Source: Azolla caroliniana
Lineage: Eukaryota > Plantae > Polypodiophyta
Assembly: GCA_043228905.1 (NCBI GenBank)
Contig: JBHGNT010000009.1
Coordinates: 2,666,001-2,730,000, forward strand
DNA length: 64,000 nt
Direction of reading: 5' to 3'
Part shown: positions 52,121 through 64,000 of the stretch, piece after piece
How positions within the stretch are numbered: the first letter of the stretch is position 1
Layout: the number at the start of each line of letters is the position of its first letter
Translations under genes and position numbers: made by a program
Notes under the pieces: generated by a model
What the model was told of the DNA's origin: nothing
The model's database searches: none
What the model saw: the letters and a program-made list of their open reading frames with translations, nothing else

Positions 52121-53099
52121 CATGTTTTCTTCATATTCTCAAATATACGTTTTATGAGTTTTTGAACGTTTGATTATAATTTATAATGACATATTTTGAG
52201 TCGATCTCTGTAGTTCATACTCATTTTTTTGTAAAGTTCTAAAATGAGGATGATAGAGATGTCTTGATTTGCATCCCAAAATTATGCATGTGATACAATG
52301 CAAATATTGCAACCATACGTATGTTGGTGGTTCACAATGGATTAGAGTCCACTTATTAGGATAGAGAGTGAATCAATATATAATATAGACCCTAGTCAAT
52401 CCAATCCAACTTTGAGATGATTTACCATACACGTTTGATTGAATCATTGTCGAATGCGAATGCACGTATGATACGTATGGTTCATTCTATGCATAAAGGT
52501 ATTAAGGTTTTTAGATAAATACATTAGGAGCTCCTTTGAAAAAGTGTTTGCTAATAGACCAAGGTTAACCCTAAACAAGCTAATGTATTTAAATGTGCAT
52601 CTAGCCACACAAGATCTTATAATATTCTTAAACAAACAACAAGCTACACCTTCTCAAACACTTTTTCAAAATGTAAAATCATTCTTACAAGAATCAAGAT
52701 TTATTTTATGAGGATAAAATTATTCTTCCATGAGATCAATCGTTCTTTACTAGAGTCTAGGATACGCAAGTCGCAATGTAATTAGCATGTATTGTAATAA
52801 ATGTAAAATTTAGCATTGTGATTTCAACAATGATAGGGATTATTATTAGTGCTAATTATAGCAATTAACAATCATGATTATTAGTTTGAAATTATGATTA
52901 GTGATAATTAAAATTTATAATTATTATTTTATATAGTAAAAGTTAATTGCACATGTTTGTTACTCTAATTACACCACTATACACTATATTAGTGAGAACG
53001 ATGTTAGGTTTTCGCATCAGTTATCTTTGGATGAATGACCTATTCAAATGTGCATGTTCTCTAATTGCATCTCTCTTCAGGAATGTTGTGATGTCACTA

Positions 53100-54850
53100 A
53101 TGATTGTTCTTTTGTAATAAGTTCAAAATTTCTTCAAACTATATGGGGGTATAGACCAATATTACCCTTACTCGGAGTAATTTGGGTATGTTCCCTATAC
53201 AAAGAAAACTAAAATAATACTTTCATACAATAATTCCTTACGTTTTTGAATTTGCACAATCTATGAAGATAGGATATGATAGAATTTGCAATGCTTGTAC
53301 CGATAGCAATGACTACATATTTATCCAATGGGTTTTCATTTCAACATTCTTGTTGAATGTGTATATGTAACTATTTGAGAAGATTATAGGACTAAACTGG
53401 TCCTCCTTTCTTGCACTGCTTTAAAAACTATATATTCTTCTTATTAATAACATAGGTATCTAGCTTTAGAAGTTAGATTTGTTTGGACACAATTCACACC
53501 TTCCAAGAGGTTATATTCGTTTATTAATGTGGGGTCAAATTTCAACAAGACAATCATGAACTCATATTCACACATGCACTTTGTACTTTAAGCAAGAGAA
53601 GGGAGACATTCAAAAGAAGCAAGACCTTATTTTCAATCATGATATCAACACATGTACTTTATGTTAGAGATTTGAGATGCTCTAAGGATACCCACATTTC
53701 TTTGACGATCATGAGAGCTCCTTCGGAAACGAAAAAAGAAAAAGTGGAAAAACTCAAAGAGAAAAGACAAAGATGTCCAAAACTCGAGGAGATAATGCAT
53801 AATGTGGAAGGAGATGTTTGTTGAGGATGAACAAGCAATTGTCTATTTCACCACTGACATGGGTAGTTAATTTTATGTAACGTAACGTTTGTAGAATCGA
53901 ATGTGAATATCGTCTTCTCGAAGAGATTTCCAAAAAAAGATATCCAATCATTAATGTAAACAATTTACAAAGCTTTGATTCCTATGTGATTGGCAGAGAA
54001 ACAACCATTGTGGTGGCTGAAAGTGCGGAAAAGGAGTGCCATTCTTCGAGGTCATAAGTGGAGTAGCTGGCCACAAAGTAAGAAACTGATGGCATAGAGC
54101 AACTTTATAATCAGAATCTCCAACAATACAATCCCCATTGACCCTTCAACGTATGAACCATGTCTAACCAAATAATTTTTAGCAATTTAGTTGGTGAGGC
54201 TCTAACTTGATAAAAAACGAGAGAGCATCCATCCTTCCAAGTGTAATATGCAGTAGTACTACTCAGTATCTCCCATAATGGTTGTATCTCCTTCCTTATC
54301 CCTAAAAATCGCATAGACAATAATGGAAAGTACACGGACACTTCTAGATTTGGTGTGAAAACCAAGGTCCATAGATTTAGCGTCGTAATGGAAAATAGAT
54401 CCATTTACTTGCAAAGATATTAATTTTTTCCAATATTTTGTATAGTTGGGAAGACATGTGATATCAGATAGACAAGATGTGTTACCAATTGCATTTTAAT
54501 ATTGGAGTCAAGAGGATATTACTCCAAAGTTTCTTGCTAAGTTCGAGGTTAACCTATGGACTATGTCAAATATTGTATGTACAGTGGCTACTTGTGCATC
54601 GAGCCTTGCCTATTGGCACATGGCTACGTAAGATGGGTGTATCCTCTAATTGTGCTTACTATCATTTACGACCTAAATGTCAAAAACATTGTCTATGGGA
54701 CTGCATTGAGTCTCAATTGGTATGGCAATGCCTCCTTAGAATATTTGGTAACTACTTTCCCCCATTGGTATTACATGGGGCATGGTGGTTTAGCGTTGCT
54801 CGTCCACTCTATTTTCCATCTACTCAAAGAGCTTAGTTGATATGGTGATA
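53100..54850 (+). mobile_element. LINE ORF2 3' remnant (zf-RVT region)
   Basis: QWLLVHRALPIGTWLRKMG...C...HCLWDCIESQLVW is the C-terminal zinc-binding region of LINE ORF2; left boundary is approximate. Confidence 0.65.
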
Positions 54851-55342
54851 TGTTTTCACACAAGAAGGCACGTGACCATGATGTTTTGCCAAGCCTAACA
54901 TCCCAACATAACATTCATTTTCTATGACTCGATCACACAATACACTCTATACCCTAAACCCTAAACTCTAGAATACCGTTGTGCATTGTTCTTTATGCTT
55001 CGAAATTCTTGGAGATGCACAACCTTGATCAACTTGTAGGTGTGCGATGGAGAATGGATACAGGAGGGCACATTTCATCCATAATGCATGCTTAAATCTA
55101 CGTGTATGCATCTGTACTTATTTATATGTATATGTGTACATATGACTTATAATGCATGTGCATGTGCATGTGTATTTATATGTATATGTATATCAGTATA
55201 TGTATTATGTATATGTATGTATATGTGTAGTGTATGTGTTATGAATTATGTATATGATGTGAGTAAGGAATAGGGTTATTTCCGGAAATAAACAAAATAT
55301 GGGGTCATGTTTCGGAAATATGACATTCAGAAAGAGGTTTCT

Positions 55343-55377
<35 letters not shown>

Positions 55378-56676
55378 ACGTGGCGCCAAGACTGCCCGAG
55401 AGAGCATGAGAGCACACAGAGAGATCAGACAGGCGAAATGCCAGAGGTCATGAATTTCAGCGAAGAGAAGACACGATTCGGATCATGATTAATCAGTAAT
55501 GCTCTCCCCCCTTTCTGTTGCTCTGATTTGACTTCATTATTAACTAATTAAGCTTTCCCTTGTACAATTCTACTGGCCGATTTACACAGATCTTAAGGGG
55601 AAAACGAAACATTTCAATTCTTTCAATATATCTGAAGATCGCCATCAGCATACGAGAAAAACAGTAACCGATTCCAATACAGTTTCTATTTAACCTTCCA
55701 TATTCATTAAAACTTCACTGGAAGTTTTCCTTCCATTGCTGTGAATTCACTGCAATGCTGTGGAACGCATAAGAAAATGCATCGTTGTTTTCATCATCAC
55801 ATTCGAGAAGGATGCTAAGTAGAAAAATGTTTCATTTATTTCATATTCATCAGCTTTATTATATTCAAGCCTTTCGTTCAAGTTTCCGTTAAATTTACAC
55901 AGATTGTATTGAATCAGATAAGAGAATAGTATTTCTTCACCATTACCGTCAACAATCTCCGCGTTTAAAGCTTGGATTATAGTTTCCTATAATCCACCAT
56001 CACTGCAATGCTGTCTAAACAGGTAAGGTAAAATGCGTACATAATTACATAAAATGTATCACCGTCATCAGTTTCCATTAAATTATCTATTATAGCTTTC
56101 TATTGGATATTTCAATTCTACACATTTTCCCTGCGTGATCATAGAGACAAATACTGTTTACACAGATAAGGAAATGCGTCCACCCTTGCATAATCTTCAT
56201 CATCTGCGTCCATTAACGCTTTGATTCCAACTTCCTTCCTTCATCGATGCCATGATGCCTAAACAGGTAAAAGATGCTTCATTTATTTCATAATCCGCTT
56301 CGCCAGTTTCCATTAAATATCCGATAATAGTTCCTATTAAAGCTTCATTCAATGGTCGCTTCAATAATCCTGTCTAAACCCGTGAGTGGGGGATTCTTTC
56401 ATTAAACTCCATCACCATCACCATCACCAGCTTCTATGAAAGCTTCTTGTCAATAAGGTCTTCCAATAAATTCCGATATGCAATGCTGCAGGTGAGGAAA
56501 TGCTTCATTCGTTTTGTCGTCATGATCACCAGTTTAAACAGCAATGGCAAGGTAGGGTTTCTAATAATATGTGGCGGTAAACTAGGAAAGGTCTGGGATC
56601 AAAGAAAAATACTTTCGATTATCCATGGAAGATCACAACGAGTTCTATCACAAGTGGAGAAGCAAGACAAGCAACG

Positions 56677-59164
56677 ATGGATCTGACACTCCACTTAAGT
56701 GATGAACTTCTCTTAAGGATCTTATCTATCGTTAAACCTAATTATGCGTCTCCATATCCATATTATGCACTAGTCTGCAAGCGATGGCTTAACTTGAATG
56801 GACGTCTTCGGACTTCCATTAAACTTCTCGATTGGACCTTTCTTGAAAATGGACGTATGGAAAGCAGGTTCCCTAACCTCACAGACATAGATCTTACGCC
56901 TGCTTGTCTCTCTTCCATGGATATAAACCATGATTTCTGCAATATTTTGCTAGCCCTAGGCCCTAATTCTCTGAGCATCCATTTAGAACCTTCTGCGTTT
57001 GATTCTCCATCGATTGAACGGTATATCAAGAAGAAGAAAATCTTGTTGTCTAGATTCGATGAAGGTCTGAAGCTTCTGGCAAAAACTTTCCCAGATCTGC
57101 AGCGACTTCGTGTTATGGACGTGAGAAAACCTGGTGTAGATTATTATGAAGCTTTCGGCTGTGGTGCTTGGTTACCTCTCGATGATTCTGGTTCCGATAC
57201 AAAAAATAAGGAACGGAAAGAGATAACTGATTCTACTAATTTTTCAGATAGAGGTGATGACAACGAAGAATTTATAACCCTATATGGTGATGGTCAGGAT
57301 GCCATGAAGGATGTAACTAGGTTTATTCCCATAGATAAAGAAGAATGCTACAATGAGAACACCACGAAAGCTGAAAATGTTGATTTCATCGATGATGATG
57401 GCTATGGTGAATACGGCCTCTCTTATGTTGCTCAAACATGCACGAATCTCCAAGAATTGGAGTTTCATCACTGCACAGACATGTCATTTCATGGTATCTC
57501 AGCATGTAAAAACCTACAGATTATGAGAATTATTGGCTCTGTGAGTAGTTACAGTTACTCCACCATCACTGACATTGGCCTAACTATTCTTGCAAGGAAT
57601 TGCAATCGCCTCGTGAAGCTAGAACTGAATGGTTGTGAAGGTAGTTATGATGGGATAGCTGCCATAGGCCAGTGCTGTGTGATGTTAGAAGAGCTAACCA
57701 TTTCCAACCATGGCTTTTACGAAGGATGGAGCGCTGGCCTCGTCCTCTGTAGCTGCCTAAAGACTCTCAGATTAGAGAATTGTAAGCACATCGATCATGA
57801 TCCACGACCTTCAGAGAATCTCGGGTATTGTATAGCATTGGATAACTTGCAGCTAGTGAGGTGTAACCTCAGAGATGAAAATGGATTCCATGGCCTCATG
57901 ATGTTAAGCATGAACATCCGCCAGCTCATGATTGAAGACTGTTGGGGGCTGAATGATGAAATATTTAGTTTTGCAGCAACATGCAGGTAAAGAACGAAAA
58001 TAAGTATTATGAGCATCAAACACATGAGTGAATCTAGCGTCATAGGGAGTATGCAGGTAAAGGAAGACCATAAGTATTCTGAGGATACACGAGTGAAACT
58101 AGTGTAATATAGAGCGTGTATAAATCAAATGTATGTATGCATTGGGGCTTCTCACTTGATTGTATGATCTGGACGCTTGAGTCATATAATATTTATATAA
58201 AATGTGTATAAATGTCATTCATTGGGTTTTCTCATTTGATCGTATCATATGAAGGCTACAGTCATACGAAGCATGTATAGAACGTATTTATTCTTTGGGG
58301 GCTTCTCACTTGATTGTATGATCTGGAGGCTTGAGTCATATAATATTTATATAAAATGTGTATAAATGTCATTCATTAGGTTTTCTCATTTTATCTTAAT
58401 ATCATATGAAGGCTACAGTCATACGAAGCATGTATAGAACGTATTTATTCTTTGGGGGCTCACAATTCATTGAATTATAATCTGAAGGCTAGAGTAATAC
58501 ATAGCTTGCATAGAATGTGTTTATTCCGAGAGGACTCCTCAATTCATTGTATTATCTGAAGGCTAGAGTAATTGAAAGCATGTATAGTATGTGTTTATTC
58601 CGAGGGGGCTCCTCATTTCATTGTACTTTATGAAGGCTAGAGCCATAGAGAGAATGTATAAAATGCAATTAGCCCTGGGGCTTCTCATTTGAGTGTAGTG
58701 TATGAAGGCTGTGGTCATACAAATTATGTATAAAACATATTTATTCATTGAGGTTGTATTTTATTTAGTCTAGAGACACGGTATCTATTTGTATTAAAGT
58801 GTGTATAAGTTTATCCATTTCGGTCATAGTTTGTAATAATATGTATAAATGTGTTCATTCGGGTATCTCGTTCAATTGTATTATATGCAGGTATATGAAA
58901 TCTCTCTCTTTAGAAGGATGTTTGCCCCTCACAACAATGGGTTTAGAGAATGTAGTGTTGGCAAACAAGGAGCTTCAAGCTCTCAGGGTGATTTATTGCA
59001 GCAATATCAAAGACTCGGATGTAAGTGAAACTCTTGCTCTCCGAATCTACAACCTAAAGGAGCTCAAATGGCGACCTGATGTGAAACAGTTCCTCAAGAC
59101 TAATCTCTTAGGAACTAATATAGGTCAGCATGGTGGCAAATTCTTTAAGAAATGGGGGCCCTAA
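56677..59164 (+). CDS. F-box/LRR (RNI-like) protein, At5g07670/At5g51380-type, ~527 aa
   Basis: Exons 56677-57986 and 58891-59164 (GT-AG, phase 2). F-box LSDELLLRIL...LVCKRWLNLNGRL; DWTFLENGRMESRFPNL; ITDIGLTILARNCNRLVKLELNGCEGSYDGI; LKELKWRPD. Confidence 0.92.
57981..58750. repeat. intronic degenerate tandem array, ~71-81-bp units
   Basis: Units at ~58143, 58224, 58297, 58378, 58454, 58530, 58604, 58677; the first four form a duplicated ~154-bp dimer. Confidence 0.85.
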
Positions 59165-60979
59165 AAGCAATTATGTCCCTTCAAAATAAAACGATTGTGA
59201 CATTGCTAAAGAGAGGCCTATAGTAGTTAGTATTATGAGTCATGACAACAGAAATGAATGGTTTCATTATTCATGATTTCATTGATTCATCCACCCATTG
59301 GTGGGGGTTGAAAAATGAATTCTTTTTTGGATTTGTAACTCCATACAGCAACAAAAATGTGGGGCATCATTCCTTAGCCACATAATAAATGGATCCAGAA
59401 ATCTTATTAAATTGTGTTCTAGGAATTTGGAGAGGTTTAAACTACTTAGAAATTGCTTTCAGAAGGCTAAATTCCAAGGTGTTTTTATTATTATCACCGA
59501 TTTGCCTATCAGGAATGTTAAGGAAAGTTTAAAGATTAGCCCAAATTTTCAATAAATTTAAGGACTCATAAGGTATAAACTCACTCGATTATTTATACTT
59601 TTTGGAGGGTCCTGATTTTATTACTATGGATATCAAATTTCTAAATCCAAACCCTTTCTTGGCTACTTTTTAAAAGACACTTGTGACTTGATTATGTTTT
59701 GAGTGTTGTAATCTAGACCCAAACAAGTAACAAATAACCATCACCTCTCCCTCCCTCTCAAATCCTGAGGACATTGAAATATCATCATCGTCATCAAACC
59801 TCTCTTTCTCTCTCTTACATTGATGGAAGATGTAGATGTTGAAGTGTACAGTTGAGGACATACAAGAAAGAAATTCACAAAAGGCTGTATTTATTGGGCA
59901 TTGAGCTCTGTTTATATTTATTTGCAAGCTTACTAATTACCCTACCTATTCTTATTGTATTTGGCTAACAGAACTTGTTAGGCTAAAAACTTTACATTGC
60001 TCTGTATTGCCATAGTGATGATTGCTAGTTCCTATTTTGCTGTAGACTGTGAACATATGTATTGAAAGTAAATCATATGATGGTACGAAGTAATCTGCCA
60101 GAAACTTTACCTTGCCTTGTGTTCTAACATCAATTTATTGTTTATTGAAATACTCACAAATATAACAGAACTTCGAGGTAAGAAGTAATCTGCCGAAAAC
60201 TTTATTGCCACACACATTTGTTGTTTATTGAGATATTCGCTCACATTTCTTGTTCATTGAGATATTCACAAACATAACAACAGAACATCAGAGTTTGAAG
60301 GCTTTACTTGCCTTCTACCAATAGAGTCATTTCTAGTTCTTCATGAATCCAGCCTGATTTTGATGTACACTGTCATGATTTGTTCATAATGTAAATCATG
60401 TGGTAGTAACAAGAAAGAGGATGAAAACTGCACCTTACATTGTATTGGCAAATTCTCATTGTGAAGAGAGAAATGATGATGTTTTGATTCATATCAACAG
60501 TTCATCCAGATTTCTGATTGAAATAGAATCCACAATGTTTTCATTCAATGTTATAAAATCTACCTGGAGTTTATGCTCACAATGGCCAACCCACAACTGC
60601 CTCCCACAACCTTCCCTAGGCTCCTGACTAAATATTATGGACTCAACTTAGCTAGTCAATGCTTTGTGGATAGGGAACGCTCTTTACCACCCATGGTTTG
60701 AATGAACCAAAGCTCTATCTTAATGGAAACTTGAGACTTCTTACCATGGACAACAATGGTTTAGAGATTTACAAAATAAAGTAAGATCAATCATTTGCCC
60801 ATGCACACCCTTGACTGATGCAAGCCCTCCGCACTTTCTTGGTTTAAGTCCTCGTTGGTCCCACTCGCATCATCAAACCCTTGTGGATTCTTACAACTTA
60901 GTTGACTAAGAGGGTTTTTTTTCCCCAAAAAAACACTACTTCACATTAGTTAGCAATAAGGCGGGGTTTTGTAAGACCT

Positions 60980-61588
60980 TGGTAAAAGAGCGTATCCTAA
61001 GTCATGTTTTGTGTGCTCTTACAACATAAAGATGTTTAAATGGTTTATCACATCAATGTGTTTAGACTAGGAATTTAAAATAAGAGTTATTGCGTAAACG
61101 GTTAGCACACTGACTTTCACAATGCAAATTATAACTTTCCTACATGAAGCCCAACTCACATAGAAAATTCTTCAACCACATCACCTCTTTACAAGCTTTT
61201 GTCGTAGCAATGTACTCCTCTTTTATTGTGGATAATGCCATGCATTTTTTAAGTCTCGATTCCCAAGAGGAAGGCCCCCCCCTACAAATATCAGTATATA
61301 CCTAGATGTGGACTGACTAGAGTTAATGTCACTAACCATGTTTGCATTTGTGTACCCATCTAAAACATTTTGGCTATCACCAAATTTCAAACCAACTCTA
61401 GAACTACCTCTTAGATATTACAAAATCCATTTTACTTCTTCCAATGATCTCTACCAATATTACAAGGAAACAGTTGAGCACACCAACTATAGGAGCAAGG
61501 TCAGACCTTGTACATATCATAGCATACATCAAGTTGCAGAAGCATATGGCATACCTTGTGACATTGACTCTAGCAATTCAACATACTA
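60980..61588 (-). mobile_element. Copia RT C-terminus/RNase H remnant
   Basis: Minus-strand PYASA...VKWIL*YLRGSS...LDGYTNAN...WESRLKKCMALST...ACKEVMWLKNFLCELG...SKHIDV. Confidence 0.75.
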
Positions 61589-62150
61589 GTATGTAATGAT
61601 CTTTGTAGGGCGCATTGCCCCTTGGCAATTGAGGCTTCAAAAATGCATTGCATTATGCACAAGAGAGGGAGAATACATTGTTGTGAGAAAAGCTTGTTAA
61701 GAGGTGTTGTGATAAAGGAAGTTTCAAGATGAGTTGGGCTTGGTGTAGGAAAGGTACTATCTGTAGCTTGATAGTCATAATGTTATTCATTTATTCAGGA
61801 ACTCTTCATTCCATTCCAAAGTTAACAAATTTATATGAGATAACATTGGATTCGCGATGTGCTTGAAGAGAAGTACATGCACATTTGGAAGGTTCATACC
61901 TATGAGAATGGTTTCAACATGATGACAAAGTGTTTGCCAAGGGAGAAGTTGGAAGCTTGTAGAGAGAAAGCAAGCTTGGTTAGGTGCCTCACATGAGATG
62001 GAGGGGGAGAATTGTGGGGTTTTTCCAGCTGGTCTCAAGAGTGGCACGATGTATTTGTTGCGAGAGTGTCAATTCCCAGCCGTGGAACAAGGAGGTCCCA
62101 GGCTTCTCGGGTTCAGAAGAGACTGGGTCAATCAATCTGGTCCTTTTGTG
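61589..62150 (+). mobile_element. Copia RNase H remnant with PPT and start of 3' LTR
   Basis: WQLRLQKCIALCTREGEYI...HWIRDVLEEK...VHTYENGFNMMTKCLPREKLEAC; PPT GGAGGGGGAGA then TG at 62013. Confidence 0.75.
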
Positions 62151-62324
62151 AGGATATACAAATGTATGTATGTATGTATGTATGTATACGAAGGAGTCAA
62201 GTCGAGTCGAGTCAAATGGGGTCAAACCAAGTCAAACCAAATCTGGTCAAGTCAAGTCAAGCAAGACGTGTGCTTCTTGGGAGGGCGTCTTTTCAACTCT
62301 CTTTCTTCACCTAAACATATGGCA

Positions 62325-62366
<42 letters not shown>

Positions 62367-62762
62367 CTGTCTGTCGCTCTCAGGGGAGTCAGGACACACG
62401 CTTTCAAAACTGAAACTTCCAATCTAGAAGAACCCCTGCTCTGCTCTCTCTTTCTCTATCTCTCTGCTCCATCACAAGAAGCTATTAGCTGTTAGCTCTG
62501 CAGACTCAGTACAGATATCTCCATATCCGGAAAAGCAAGTGCCGCAACAGATCAAACCTTAGACCAGGTAAAACGAGAGAGAGAGAGAGAGAGAGCCTTG
62601 GCGCATAAGGCAAATCACTTTTACAAATAAGGGTGAATTCTTGCTATACACACTGAAACAATAACAATCTCTGTTAATACTGATCCTGAGAGAGAGGGAG
62701 TACCAAACAGATTGGCGGCAGCAGAGACACGACTGAATCTGCTGATTCCCTCTCTTAATTAT

Positions 62763-62800
<38 letters not shown>

Positions 62801-64000
62801 ACAAACAAGTCATCTGAAGACTCAGATTTTCTTTTCTGCCTCTTAATATAGAGAGGGAAAGGGAAAGTGCAAACACCAGCTGCAGAAAAAAGAGGCTGCA
62901 TTTTGCTGCTTCTATCTATTAATTTAGAGAGAGAAAATGAAAAACGAAATGATGCATTGATTTCTTCGAGAGTCCAAATGGCGATGGAGGATAAAGAAAT
63001 TGCATCCTGGTGAAATGTGATCATTTCTGATAACAAGGACAAACAAAACTCTGCCTGCAGAAAATAGAACAGAAATGGAGTGGATACTGCATTGAGCACT
63101 GGCAGTTGAATAGGATTAGAGTCTGTAGTATTGCTAATATAAAGATGAGGGGAACTCATCTCATGAGAGCCTGCATGGATCTCTAGAATGAGATACATAT
63201 GACTAGTTCAGTGTGCTCGGTGGCACACAATAGTGCAATTTCCATTTATAGTGTTGAAAGCTATGCTTTCAAGGTTCCACAGAATGATCAAGTGGCACAA
63301 CTGTTGAGGTCTCCTGAGAGGGATGCTGTGGAGGTGCCGCTGGGCTTGACCAAGAGTTTCATGGCTGTTCCTTCTGAAGAAATCGGTGATCTGTCATTAC
63401 TTCCATATTAGGGGGTTCACCTCTCACAGTAAGAATCTCTGCAGATAAAGAGTTCCAAGCATCTGTAATCATATTAATTCATGAAACAATGAGAAGGCCC
63501 AAAAACCTAGATCTAAAAAGACATTGAAAGAGTATGCCTCTAATCTTCCAGAATGAATCTCTAGCTAATGTTTGGAAGTATCTATCTGGCCATTGACATG
63601 TTTTGAACCCATAGGATAGATGAGTATCCATGTTGCTATGTTGTAATATAAAGTCATCCTCCCTAGTCAGTAGGAGATACCCATCCTCCTCGCAACACTT
63701 TTCTCCTAATATCTAACTAAGCCAGATATTTTCTTATGAACTTGATGATCTCCAACTGTGCCAGTCTAAGAATTGGTGCATCTTATGAGTGCTAAAAATA
63801 TGTGGAGCTGGTCTTTATTGAACCCATGCAGCTGAATTCATCTGTGCATATATAACCATGAATTATCCCTGCCCATGCAAGCTTGTGAATACTCATGGGC
63901 CAACTATGTGTACGGTGTGGAGGATGCTCCCCATTACTAGAGATGAAGGATACTGATCTAACTAAGGCCTCACCTACAATCAGTGGTGCTGTGATCTCAT

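Noticed and set aside
58143-58750. CRISPR-like array (also considered for 13784 and 17711)
   Set aside because: Whole units are homologous with no unique spacers, there are no cas genes, and the context is eukaryotic.
63199-64000. coding gene at the window end
   Set aside because: Short ORFs with stops in all frames and no recognisable family.

Overview
Eukaryotic land-plant nuclear DNA, probably a fern (inferred from the style of its TEs and (GA)n/(TATG)n microsatellites; not proven). Five genes could be reconstructed: plastid ribosomal protein L18 (-, 4 exons), centromere protein CENP-C (-, 8 exons), a LisH/HEAT RELCH/KIAA1468-like protein (+, 20 exons, including an AT-AC U12 intron), splicing factor SF1/BBP (+, intronless CDS) and an F-box/LRR protein (+, 2 exons). 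Intergenic DNA holds a decayed L1-like LINE interrupted by a probable solo LTR, a Gypsy-like gag remnant, a full-length but pseudogenised Ty1/Copia element, a hAT-type MITE with an 8-bp TSD, and further LINE/Copia remnants. The most interesting observations are: (1) a strand-specific cluster of branch-point motifs (CTAAY, GCTAACAT) in a predicted 3'UTR intron of the branch-point-binding gene SF1, a candidate autoregulatory element; (2) a recurrent ~190-bp element made of two convergent tRNA-like Pol III modules; (3) the U12 intron; (4) introns and leaders built from degenerate tandem arrays. All motif counts and alignments were done by eye.
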